Shown here: positions 18,782 to 31,900 of the stretch, piece by piece
Layout: every line of letters starts with the position of its first letter
Position numbering within the stretch: position 1 is the stretch's first letter
Assembly: GCA_964474985.1 (NCBI GenBank)
Contig: CAYYUW010000040.1
Span: 5,383-69,382 of the forward strand
DNA: 64,000 nt
Reading direction: 5' to 3'
From: an uncultured Alistipes sp.
Lineage (GTDB): Bacteria > Bacteroidota > Bacteroidia > Bacteroidales > Rikenellaceae
The notes under the pieces: generated by a model
Seen by the model: the letters and a program-made list of their open reading frames with translations, nothing else
What the model was told of the DNA's origin: nothing
The model's database searches: none
Made by a program: the position numbers and the translations under genes

Positions 18782-20545
18782 TCAATCGAGTTCGAGGTCG
18801 ATAGCCTTGCGCAGGGTCGTGAGCAGCGGATTCTTCTGCGTGAGATACTGCAGACGGTCCTCGACACGTATGGGCTTGGGCGCCCGATACTCCTGTGCCG
18901 CCTTGGCGATCTCAAGTTCCAATGTGCCGTTTATGCCCGCCGTGTCGGCCAGCAGCTGCAATATGGAACTTTTCGTGCGGCGTATCTCCTCGGCCAATAC
19001 CTCGGTTTCGGACTCCACGGTTATGCGGTTGCCCGATACCTTCATCGTGTCGAATGCGTTGGCCAACCTGACGCTGTGCCCCTTGAGGCTTTCGATGAAA
19101 CGCGCGCGGTGCTCGGCTATCTTGCTCTCGGTTTGCAGATCGATAGATGTTGCGACATTGACCGCCTCAGCGGCCGGCTGGTCGCTCTTGGCCGGTTGTC
19201 GGTTGAGCAGCGCGGAGAGCGGCGCCCCCGATATGGGCGACGCCGTGCGGGGATGCGTTGCCTCGGCGGGGCGTGCCGTTTGCTGCTGTGGTTGCGGGCC
19301 TGCCGGTGTGTCTGGCTGTTGTGCCGGAACCGTATATTGCTGAGTGGCAGGTTGCGGCGCTGGCGTGGCGGGCCGTGCCGGTTGTCGGGGGGCAGTCGGG
19401 GCAGTTTTAAGTTCGGGCAGATCGAAGGAGGTGCTGTCTATCGGCTCATTTTTTTTTTGACTCAGTCTGCAAAGTTTCATCAGACCGAGTTCTACCGTCA
19501 ATCGCTGGTTGGTTGCCGTTCGTATGGTGCCGTCCAACTGTGCCAGCAGCGCTATGGCTTCGAACAGGAACTCGGTGTCGCAGGCTTCGGCCTGCCGGCG
19601 GTATCGGTCGAGCAGCGTGCCCGTCACCTCGAGCAGCGGCAGCGTATGTTCATCGCGGCACATCAGCAGGTCGCGCAGATGCGTGGCGAGTCCGGACATA
19701 AATGTCTGCCCCGAGAATCCGGCGGTAAGCACGCGGTCGAAGAGCAGCAGCGCCGCAGAGTAGTCGCCCGCGAGGAGCGTATCGACGGCCGTGAAATATG
19801 TGTCGTAGTCGAGCACGTTGAGCGAACGCGCCACCTCGCGAAACGAGAGTGTCGGTCCGCAGAACGATACGGCCTTGTCGAACATCGACAGCGCGTCGCG
19901 CATACCTCCGTCGGCCTTTCGGGCTATGAGGTTGAGCGATTCGTCGTCGTATCCGATACCCTCCTGCGATGCGATATATTTAAGGTATCCCACGCTGTCC
20001 TCGACGCGGATGCGGTTGAAGTCGAATATCTGACAGCGCGACAGAATCGTCGGGAGAATCTTGTGCTTCTCGGTGGTGGCCAGAATGAAAATGGCGTGTG
20101 CGGGCGGCTCCTCGAGGGTCTTGAGGAACGCATTGAACGCTGCGGCCGAGAGCATATGCACCTCGTCGATGATGTAGACGCTGTAACGGCCCACCTGAGG
20201 CGGGATGCGGACCTGATCGGTCAGCGAGCGGATGTCCTCGACGGAGTTGTTCGATGCGGCGTCGAGTTCGTGGATGTTGAAGCTGCGCCCCTCGTTGAAG
20301 CTGCGGCACGATTCGCATTCGTTGCAGGCTTCGCTGTCCACAGGCGAGAAGCAGTTGATCGCCTTGGCGAAGATGCGGGCGCAGGTGGTTTTGCCCACGC
20401 CGCGCGGACCGCAGAACAGGTAGGCGTGGGCCAGCTGGCCGCGGGCTATGGCGTTTTTCAGCGTTGCGGTAATATGTCCCTGACCCACCACCGAAGCGAA
20501 TGTGGCGGGGCGATATTTGCGTGCCGATACGATGAAATTTTCCAT
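18782..20545 (-). CDS. dnaX: DNA polymerase III subunit gamma/tau
   Basis: SARKYRP, GPRGVGKTT, ELDAASN, IIDEVHML, SRC; start at MENFIVS. Confidence 0.97.
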   Translation of the reverse strand: MENFIVSARKYRPATFASVVGQGHITATLKNAIARGQLAHAYLFCGPRGVGKTTCARIFAKAINCFSPVDSEACNECESCRSFNEGRSFNIHELDAASNNSVEDIRSLTDQVRIPPQVGRYSVYIIDEVHMLSAAAFNAFLKTLEEPPAHAIFILATTEKHKILPTILSRCQIFDFNRIRVEDSVGYLKYIASQEGIGYDDESLNLIARKADGGMRDALSMFDKAVSFCGPTLSFREVARSLNVLDYDTYFTAVDTLLAGDYSAALLLFDRVLTAGFSGQTFMSGLATHLRDLLMCRDEHTLPLLEVTGTLLDRYRRQAEACDTEFLFEAIALLAQLDGTIRTATNQRLTVELGLMKLCRLSQKKNEPIDSTSFDLPELKTAPTAPRQPARPATPAPQPATQQYTVPAQQPDTPAGPQPQQQTARPAEATHPRTASPISGAPLSALLNRQPAKSDQPAAEAVNVATSIDLQTESKIAEHRARFIESLKGHSVRLANAFDTMKVSGNRITVESETEVLAEEIRRTKSSILQLLADTAGINGTLELEIAKAAQEYRAPKPIRVEDRLQYLTQKNPLLTTLRKAIDLELD

Positions 20546-20630
20546 AACACTGCAAAGATATGAAAAGTTTTTCAATCGGCACAATCTGACGGATAAGAAA
20601 ACGCGCCGGCGGCTTGCGCCCGACTGTATC

Positions 20631-21287
20631 CTAACAGGACTCGACTACGCCTCTGTCAGCCTCCTTCAGCAGATTTTTTAGCGGACCTTTCTTGGCGAAT
20701 ACGGACCGGCGGTTAGCATATACCTTGAATGTGTCGAAGTTATGCGTAAGCTCCCGCCACAATTCGCCTTCCAATACAAGCGTATCGTCCGAAATCCCGA
20801 CCACCTTCAGCGTAAATTCCGTTACTTCGTGACTGTCCTGCCGCTGGCACTTGTCGGTCAAGTGTGTTATCACGACCGAATTGCCGTGTATGGCATACGA
20901 GCATACAGTTTTCACTATACTGAAGGGACCGACTATCGAGGATCTGTGTTGGTACAGGTCGACAGTTCCGTCGCCGTTGAATGCCATATAGAGGTACGCG
21001 CGGCCGTATCCCTCGAGTTGTGTCGGAGGGGTGAAGTTGCAATAGTCGCTGCCGATTTTCGTGATTATTCCTTTGCTGTCGGACTTGTATGTGAATGACT
21101 GCTCCATAGCCCAATATCCGTCACCTGACAGGATTAGTTTTTCGATCTCCTGCTCGCTGAGCGAAGTGGATATGTTGATCTTTTCTCCGCCGGCTATTAC
21201 CAGCTCATTCTCCGCTTCGACCAGATCGTCGCACCCTGCCGCTATCGCCGCCGACAGTATGCAGCACATAATCATAAGTTTTTTCAT
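20631..21287 (-). CDS. Hypothetical lipoprotein
   Basis: MKKLMIMCCILSAAIAAGC lipobox; no recognisable domain. Confidence 0.7.
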   Translation of the reverse strand: MKKLMIMCCILSAAIAAGCDDLVEAENELVIAGGEKINISTSLSEQEIEKLILSGDGYWAMEQSFTYKSDSKGIITKIGSDYCNFTPPTQLEGYGRAYLYMAFNGDGTVDLYQHRSSIVGPFSIVKTVCSYAIHGNSVVITHLTDKCQRQDSHEVTEFTLKVVGISDDTLVLEGELWRELTHNFDTFKVYANRRSVFAKKGPLKNLLKEADRGVVESC

Positions 21288-21538
21288 AATAGATTCAGTT
21301 GTTAGGTTCAAATTCGTTTAGGTTATACGTATGATCTTATTTATTTGCAAATATATAGCTTATATGTGATAATTAAAAAAACAAATGTTTCTTTTTGCCC
21401 GTATGTGTCGGAGCCGCAGCGGTGGCGGCTGCCGTGTCCGGCCATTTTGTCGGCAGGTTGGTGACGCGGCGTCGTATTTTGGCAGTCGCTCCGGACGAAA
21501 AGTCAGTACGGGCAGGACAAAATGTACGCTTTTGGGTG

Positions 21539-21555
21539 TTGGCAACCGATTTGCA
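21539..21555 (+). promoter_or_regulatory. Sigma54-type -24/-12 promoter upstream of clpB
   Basis: TTGGCAACCGATTTGCA: GG-N10-GC spacing, about 40 nt before the ATG. Confidence 0.65.
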
Positions 21556-21596
21556 GGCTAAAGTTCGAACGAAAAAAGGTAAAACAAACATAGACT

Positions 21597-24191
<2,595 letters not shown>

Positions 24192-24218
24192 CAAGCAATC
24201 CAATATGCAATGACCTTC

Positions 24219-24254
24219 GCGGGCGGCGACCTTCGGGCTGCCGCCCGCTTCTTT
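24219..24254 (+). terminator. Intrinsic terminator after clpB
   Basis: GCGGGCGGC/GCCGCCCGC stem followed by TTCTTT. Confidence 0.7.
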
Positions 24255-24289
24255 GCGGTGAAATACCGGATTCGCGGTGACATTTGCGG

Positions 24290-24807
24290 CGACAAAGTTG
24301 CGACTTTTTAAGAAGTCGCGCGGGCCGCAGCCTTTGGGCAGCTCGCATTTTGCTCAGATAAATGACAAAGCAATATGTTTCGTATAGAAGCGATTATTCT
24401 TGGCCGTGCAGGCAAAGATCACCTTCGGCTGCTGGGGGGCACGCCGAAGGCGTGAGCAGCCGAAGGTGGCATCGCCTGCGGCGATGCAGCTACGCGATAG
24501 AATATGGGGTTATATATGTGCTGCGTAATTTGTTGCGACTTTTTAAGAAGTCGCGCGAGCCGCAGCCTTGGGGCAGCGGAGGCTCGCTGTGCTCACCTCC
24601 GCTGGCTTCGACCCGAAAACCTTGCGGCTCTGTAATTTTTCGGCGAATAGATCGGATTGCAGTGCGATCCGCGCGCCCGCCCCAAGGGGGGCAGGGCGCG
24701 CGCGAATATTAGCGGCGACAAAGTCGCGGCCCAAATAGGCCGCGCGGACCGCAGCCGCCAGAGGCGAAGGCTCGGCAATGCACAAATAAATTTGGCATTG
24801 CCCTCGC
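24290..24807. repeat. Modular palindromic repeat cluster 3 (inverted relative to clusters 1, 2 and 4)
   Basis: 46-bp direct repeat at 24297-24342 and 24532-24577 (GTTGCGACTTTTTAAGAAGTCGCGC...), reverse-complement copies of cluster 1 modules at about 24660-24775, nested hairpins at 24420-24487. Confidence 0.9.
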
Positions 24808-24845
24808 TTATTACTATCTTTGTACAGACCGAAAAACTTGCGCCT

Positions 24846-25727
24846 ATGTATACGTCGATCATCAACGAAATTTCTCCTCTGACCGAGAAGGATTGTTTTT
24901 ATATTGTCGAACGCTACAAAACGGAGTTCACCTACCCGCTGCATCAGCATCGGGAGTTCGAGTTGAACTTCATCGAGGGCGGTGCCGGTGTCACGCGCGT
25001 GGTGGGCGATTCGGTGGAGACCATCGGCGATTACGAGTTGGTGCTGCTGGGCAGCGAGAATCTCGAACATGTGTGGGAGCAGGGCGAGTGCCGGTCGCGC
25101 TCGATCCGCGAGATCACCATACAGTTCTCGCCGGACATATTCACCGGCAGCTTCCTGAGCAAGAACCAGTTCGACTCGATTCAGAAGATGCTCGACGCCG
25201 CTCGGCGCGGGCTGAGCTTCCCGCTGCACGCCATTATGAAGGTGTATTCCCTGATCGATACCATTTCGTCGGAAAAACGCGGCTTCTATCAGGTTATCAA
25301 GATCCTCACCATACTCTACGAGTTGTCGGTCTGCGACGGCGCCCGCACGCTGTCCAACAGTTCGTTCGTGAGGGTGCGTCAGAATGCCGATTCGCGCCGC
25401 GTGGCACGTGTCGAGGAGTATATCAACGACCACTACGCCGAGGAGATACGGCTCCGGCAGGTCGCTTCGATCGCCGGTATGGCGCCGACGGCATTCAGCC
25501 GTTTCTTCAAGGTGCGCACCGGCCGTACGCTTTCGGATTATATCATCGATATGCGGTTGGGCAAGGCGGCGCGTATGCTGGTTGACTCTACGATGTCGGT
25601 GGCCGAGATTTCGTACGAATGCGGATTCAACAACCTGTCGAATTTCAATCGCATCTTCAAGAAGAAAAAGGGCGTCACTCCCAAAACTTTCCGCGAGCAC
25701 TACCGCAAGAAGAAGATAATCTGCTGA
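24846..25727 (+). CDS. AraC-family transcriptional regulator of the mannan locus
   Basis: N-terminal cupin (YPLHQHREFELN), C-terminal HTH (EISYECGFNNLSNFNRIFKK); start at MYTSIINE after TATCTTTG promoter. Confidence 0.92.
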   Translation: MYTSIINEISPLTEKDCFYIVERYKTEFTYPLHQHREFELNFIEGGAGVTRVVGDSVETIGDYELVLLGSENLEHVWEQGECRSRSIREITIQFSPDIFTGSFLSKNQFDSIQKMLDAARRGLSFPLHAIMKVYSLIDTISSEKRGFYQVIKILTILYELSVCDGARTLSNSSFVRVRQNADSRRVARVEEYINDHYAEEIRLRQVASIAGMAPTAFSRFFKVRTGRTLSDYIIDMRLGKAARMLVDSTMSVAEISYECGFNNLSNFNRIFKKKKGVTPKTFREHYRKKKIIC

Positions 25728-26136
25728 GGTCCGGGCGCCGAGATGCTAAAAAAGTACGATTTTCAGGTAATAAAATACGGAGTTCTCCTAAAGTGCCTTT
25801 TTCGGGCGGTTTAGGCTGCAGTTGTCGTGCAGTAAGCTGCGGTGCTGTGCAGAAACCGCTGCCGCCCTGTAACTGCCGATTTGCTTCGCTCGGCTCCGAT
25901 TATGCAAAATAGTATCGTTAGTACCTGTTTGTGGTACCCGAGCCGTCCGTTTGCGTCAAACATCGACGGACAATCTGCCAGTCTTGCAATCACCGCCGGC
26001 GGTCCGCACGGTTTTCGGTTCGGCTGCCGAGCGAGATTGTGATAAAAGTGTAATACAATGATAAAATAGTATCGGAATTTTTTGTAACGGAACTGTAATT
26101 TTGTATCGTGTAATAAAGCGAAAACCTTAAAAGACC

Positions 26137-27435
26137 GTGAAAAAACTTCTGCTTACTTGTTTGGTAGCCATAGCGGTATGCTGCTGTGGCGGCACACAGA
26201 CTTCCACCCCCGCATTCGTTACTGTCGAAGACGGCAAGTTCGTTGTCGACGGACAGCCGTACTATTTCGTCGGCACTAATTTCTGGTATGGCGCCATTCT
26301 CGCCTCGACGGGCGAAGGAGGCGACCGCGAACGTCTGGCGCGCGAGTTGGACAATATGCACTCGCTCGGCATCGACAATCTTCGCATTCTTGTGGGCGCC
26401 GACGGCGACTGCGGCGTGCCCTCGAAGGTCGAGCCGACGCTGCAGACCGCTCCGAACGTCTACAACGACGCCATTCTCGACGGTCTCGACTGGCTGTTGA
26501 AGGAGATGTCGGCTCGCGGTATGAAGGCGGTGCTCTATCTCAACAACTCGTGGGAGTGGAGCGGCGGCTACTCGCAGTATTTGGCATGGGCCAAGGGCGA
26601 GAAGGCTCCCGTGCCGAGCGTGGACGGCTGGCCGGCCTATATGGAATATGTGAAGGAGTTCGTGCGCAACGACGAGGCCAAGGCGATATTCGATACATAC
26701 GTGCGCGATATCGTAACCCGCACGAATCGGTATACCAATATTAAATATACGGACGATCCTACGATCTTCTCGTGGCAGATCGGCAACGAGCCGCGCGCTT
26801 TCTCCGACGACAACAAGGAGCTGTTCGCCGAGTGGATCGGACATACGGCCCGCCTTATCCGTTCGCTCGATGCCAACCACCTTATTTCCACCGGCAGCGA
26901 GGGCAAGCACGGCTGCGAGCAGGATATCGAGTTGTGCGAGCGCATACACGCCTTTCCCGAGGTTTCATATGTCAACATACATATATGGCCTTACAACTGG
27001 GGCTGGATCGCTCCCGAGACTATGGCCGAGCAGCTCGAGGAGGCCAAGGCCAACACAGAGTCCTATATAGCCGAGCATCTGACCTTCGCCGAGCGGTTGG
27101 GCAAGCCTGTGGTGATCGAGGAGTTCGGATTCCCGCGCGACGGCTTCGGCTTTACGCTCGACACTCCCACCGCATGCCGCGACGCATATTATAAATATGT
27201 ATTCTCTCTGGTGGAGAAGTCCGCGGCCGAGGGCGGTCTGCTTGCCGGCTGCAACTTTTGGGGCTGGGGCGGCGAGGCCCGACCTTCGACCGAACATATT
27301 TACTGGCAGCGCGGCGACGACTATTGCGGCGATCCGGCTCAGGAGCAGCAGGGGCTTAACTCGGTCTTTGCTGACGATACGACCGTGGGGATCGTGGGTG
27401 AAGCCTGTGCCGCACTGAAAGCTGTCGAACGGTAA
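26137..27435 (+). CDS. GH5 beta-mannanase/mannosidase, lipoprotein
   Basis: GTNFWY, NNSWEWSGG, WQIGNEPR (acid/base), EEFGFPRD (nucleophile), GDPAQEQQG. Confidence 0.88.
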   Translation: MKKLLLTCLVAIAVCCCGGTQTSTPAFVTVEDGKFVVDGQPYYFVGTNFWYGAILASTGEGGDRERLARELDNMHSLGIDNLRILVGADGDCGVPSKVEPTLQTAPNVYNDAILDGLDWLLKEMSARGMKAVLYLNNSWEWSGGYSQYLAWAKGEKAPVPSVDGWPAYMEYVKEFVRNDEAKAIFDTYVRDIVTRTNRYTNIKYTDDPTIFSWQIGNEPRAFSDDNKELFAEWIGHTARLIRSLDANHLISTGSEGKHGCEQDIELCERIHAFPEVSYVNIHIWPYNWGWIAPETMAEQLEEAKANTESYIAEHLTFAERLGKPVVIEEFGFPRDGFGFTLDTPTACRDAYYKYVFSLVEKSAAEGGLLAGCNFWGWGGEARPSTEHIYWQRGDDYCGDPAQEQQGLNSVFADDTTVGIVGEACAALKAVER

Positions 27436-27623
27436 TATGGAAAAACAGAGTTCTTTCGAGTTTTGTGGTTAATGGTGAAACCGGATCGAGCCGAAAGCCG
27501 GAGCCGTCTTTCTCTCTGAAATTTGCAGGTTTGCGTAGTTGTGTGGCGCATCTGAAGGTTAGACCCTCGGCTTTCGGTCCTGAACCGGTGAACAACGATT
27601 CGAAAGACTAAAATATCATCCCG

Positions 27624-28877
27624 ATGAAACGAATTGCTTTTATTCTGTTCGCGCTTCTGTCCGCAGCCGGCGTATCGGCTGCCGGACGCGGCGCTACGGC
27701 CGAAGCCCGACCCGCGGGTGACGGCGTTTTCTCGGCCGCCGAACCGGTCGACATTATGGTCGACCTGCGTGCCGACAAGCCGTGCGAAGGCACGGTGACA
27801 CTGACGGTTGCGTCCGACTTCGGAGAAGAGTTCTGTACGCTGGCCGAAAGCTATGCGCTGAAGGCTGACGGAGCGCTCACGCTCCATTTCCGCCCCGAGA
27901 TCGATCGCGCGGGATTCTATCGTGCGCGCGTGATGTGCGACGGCGAGGCGGTGCGCGAGTTCAACTTCGGCTACGATCCCGAGCATATCGTCTCCGCGCC
28001 CGATGCCAAGAAGAATCTGCGCAAATTTTGGAACAAGGCTCTGCGCGAACTGGCCGCTGTCGATCCCGAGTACCGCCTGACGCGGCTCGACGAGCGCTGC
28101 ACCGCACGCCGCGAGACCTATTTGGTGGAGATGCGGTCGCTCGGCGGCGAAACCATTCGCGGATACTGGGTCGTGCCGACGGCCGAGGGCGTCTATCCGG
28201 TTTCGGTGATGTATATGGGTTATGACTCCGAGCCGTGGATCCCCGATGCCGACGCCCGCGACGACAGATGCGAATTTGTACTCTCGCACCGCGGTCAGGG
28301 ACTCAACAAAGCCGAAAACAAGTATGGCGACTGGATCGTCAGCGGACTTGGCGCGCCCGAGTCATACTACTATCGCGGAGCCTATATGGATGCCGTGCGG
28401 GCTATCGATTTCGTGTATGCCCAGCCTAAAACCGACCGCCGCAACATCTTCGTCGAGGGCGGATCGCAGGGCGGTGCGCTGACGCTGGCCGCCGCCGCGC
28501 TGGACCATCGCATCAATGCGGCAATGCCTTTCGTGCCGTTTATGTCCGACTTCCCCGACTATGTGAATCTGGCCGACTGGCCCGCCGCCCCGCTTCGCGC
28601 GGCAGCCAAGGCCGAGGGCATCAGCGAGGAGCAGATGTTAGAGGTGCTCTCCTATTTCGATGTGAAGAATCTCGCACCGTGGATCGAGTGCCCCGTGCTG
28701 ATGGGCTTCGGCCTGCAGGACAGCGTGTGCCCGCCGCATACCAATTTCGCCGGCTACAACCTGATCCGCACGCCCAAGCGGTGGATTGTCTATACCGACC
28801 GCGGCCACGATGTGCATAACGAGTCGGGCTGGTGGGTCGAGCGCGACCGCTTCGCTGAAGAGAATATGAAAAGATGA
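27624..28877 (+). CDS. Carbohydrate esterase family 7 (acetylxylan/acetylmannan esterase)
   Basis: RGQG, YYYRGAYMDAVRA, GGSQGG, GLQDSVCPP, GH catalytic motifs. Confidence 0.88.
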   Translation: MKRIAFILFALLSAAGVSAAGRGATAEARPAGDGVFSAAEPVDIMVDLRADKPCEGTVTLTVASDFGEEFCTLAESYALKADGALTLHFRPEIDRAGFYRARVMCDGEAVREFNFGYDPEHIVSAPDAKKNLRKFWNKALRELAAVDPEYRLTRLDERCTARRETYLVEMRSLGGETIRGYWVVPTAEGVYPVSVMYMGYDSEPWIPDADARDDRCEFVLSHRGQGLNKAENKYGDWIVSGLGAPESYYYRGAYMDAVRAIDFVYAQPKTDRRNIFVEGGSQGGALTLAAAALDHRINAAMPFVPFMSDFPDYVNLADWPAAPLRAAAKAEGISEEQMLEVLSYFDVKNLAPWIECPVLMGFGLQDSVCPPHTNFAGYNLIRTPKRWIVYTDRGHDVHNESGWWVERDRFAEENMKR

Positions 28878-28912
28878 CGACATATAGTATTATTAACTCT
28901 AAAATTAAACCA

Positions 28913-31900
28913 ATGAATAAATTAACGTTATTGATCCTGTCGCTTTTCTTAAGCGTGCAGGTTATGGCGCAGGCTCAGCGGGTGTCGGGTACCGTGACTT
29001 CGGCCACCGACGGACAGCCTCTGCCGGGTGTCGGCGTTATCGAAAAGGGGACGACGAATGGCGTTTCTACCGATTTGGACGGTAGCTTCACCATCACCCT
29101 CAAGGGCGGCGCACCTGCAGTGTTGGTTTTCCAGTGCTTGGGTTACGCCACTCAGGAGATAGCCGTACAGAAAGGGCAGTCTGCCTTGGACGTCAAGCTG
29201 GCCGACGATACTCAGATTGTCGAAGACGTCGTGGTGATAGGCTACGGTACGGTTAAACGCAGCGACGTCACCGGATCGGTGGCTTCGGTTTCGGCCGATA
29301 AGCTCAAGACTACGGCCATCACCAATGCCGACCAGATGCTTCAGGGCCGCGTGTCGGGCGTTCAGGTGACGCAAAACTCGGGCGCCCCGGGCGGTGCGGC
29401 CTCTATCCGCGTGCGCGGTGCCGCGTCGATCACCAGCTCCAACGAGCCTCTTTACGTGATCGACGGCATTCCGTTCTCGGGCGACGGTACCGATATCGGC
29501 GGTTTCGACTGGGCAGGCGGTTCCAACGGCCAGTCCAAGGTCAACCCGCTCTCGACTATCGCACCGTCGGACATCGTCTCGATGGACGTGCTCAAGGATG
29601 CCTCGGCCACGGCGATCTACGGTGCCGCAGGTGCCAACGGCGTGGTGATAATCAACACCCGCCGCGGCGAGAAGGGTTCGGTTAAACTCAACTACGACGG
29701 CCAGTTCGCTGTGCAGACGGCTGCCAAGAAGATCGAGATGATGAATCTCAGCCAGTATGCACAGTATCAGAAGGAGTTGTCGGATCTTTATCCCGCAGTC
29801 GATGTCGACGAGGCGTTCCTCGATCCCTCGATTTTGGGCGAGGGCACTGACTGGCAGGATGCCATATTCCGCACGGCATATATGCACTCGCACTCCCTGT
29901 CGCTCTCGGGTGGCAGCGAGAAGTTCCAGTTTGCCGCTTCGGCCGGCTATATGAATCAGGACGGTACGATCGACGGCTCGAGCTTCGAGCGTTACAATGC
30001 CCGCTTCAACGGCGACGGCACGGTCAACAGCTGGCTCAAGGCTGGCGGTTCGCTGGCCTTCACCCACACCGACGAGATCATTACCCGTCAGGACGGTAAC
30101 GACGGCGTTATCATGCAGGCGCTGACGATGCAGCCCTCGGTGCCGGTGTACGACTTCGAAGGCAACTTCGCCGGTCCTACCAGCATCTACGGCTCGTCGG
30201 CATACAACCCTCTGTGGCAGGCGCGTATGCAGAACAACTCGTTGGTGCGCAACCGTGTTATGGGTAACTTCTACCTTCAGGTCGATCCGGTGAAGAATCT
30301 GAACATCCGTTCGGAATTCGGCTACGACCTGTCGGACAACAAGAACAAGAGTTTCATCCCCAGCTACGACTTCGGCAACGGCGTAGCCAACTCTCTGAAC
30401 CAGATGTACCAGCGCGAGGAGCACTCGATATTTTGGATCTGGAAGAACTTCGCCACCTACAACGTGACCTTCTGCGAGAAGCACAACCTCTCGGTTATGG
30501 CCGGTTTCGAGGCGCAGAAGAGCGCTTGGGAGGGCATCTCGCTGCGCAAGACCGGTTTCTCGACCAACGACATACCCGTTATGACCGAGGACGGAACCTT
30601 CGGCAGCAACACGGGCTGGAAGGACGAGGCCACCAAGGCGTCGGTATTCGGCCGCCTGAACTACAACTACGACGAGCGCTACCTGCTGACCGCAACGCTG
30701 CGTGCCGACGGTTCGTCGAAGTTCGGTTCGAACAACGTATGGGGCTATTTCCCCTCGGCCGCCTTTGCGTGGAGAATCTCCAACGAGCAGTTCCTGCGCA
30801 ATTCGCAGAGCGTCTCCAACCTCAAACTGCGTTTGGGCTACGGCAAGGTCGGCAACGACAACATCGGAACCTACAAGTACGGCTCGACGATGCTGGCGAT
30901 GCTTTCGCCCTTTACCGGAAGCGCCTACCGCGTGCTCAACATATCGAACCCCGACCTGATGTGGGAGGCTTCGGAGCAGTATAACGTCGGTCTCGATCTG
31001 GGTCTGTGGAACAACCGCCTGACCATTACTTTGGATGCCTACCAGAAGCAGAGCCAGAAGCTGCTGCTTCAGGTTTCGGTTCCCTCGTATTTGGGCGGCT
31101 CGGACCAGTGGGATATCCAAACTCCCGTGGTCAATATCGGTCAGACCCGCAACCGAGGCTTCGACCTGTCGATCAATGCCGTTCCGGTTCAGAAGGGCGA
31201 CTTCGCGTGGAACTCCGCCTTGGTCGTTTCGCTCAACCGCAACAAGGTTATGGCTCTCAACGACGACAGTCAGGTGCTCTACGGCGGTATCGGCACATAC
31301 TTCAGCGCCGCATTCAACACTGCCTCGCTTATCAAGGTCGGACAGCCTATGGGCGTGTTCTACGGCTATGTCACCGACGGATATTTCGAGGATGAGCAGG
31401 ATGTGCTTTCGTCGGCCGTGCAGGTCGAGGACGGCAGCAACCCGGGACTCAACCTCTACAACAAGACCAGCGGCGTGTGGGTCGGCGACGTCAAGTTCAA
31501 GGATCTGAACAACGACGGCCGCATCGACGACAACGACCAGACGATCATCGGCGACCCCAACCCCGACTTCACGTTCGGTTTCAACAACACCTTTACATAT
31601 AAGAATCTGGAACTTACCGTCGGCCTGACGGGCGTATGCGGCGGCGACATCCTCAATGTGGCCCGCTACCGCACCGAGGCGATGAACAACCAGTGGGACA
31701 ACCAGTCCGTGCGCGTGATCAACCGTGCGCAGATCGGCACCGACGAGGCAGGCAACGCCAGCCTGCTCAATGGCGCCTCGGCTACGACCCCGCGTCCGGC
31801 GCTGAACGACATCAACGGCAACAACCGTATGAGCGACCGCTGGATCGAGGACGGCAGCTACCTGCGTATTCAGAACATAACGCTCGGCTACAACCTGCCG

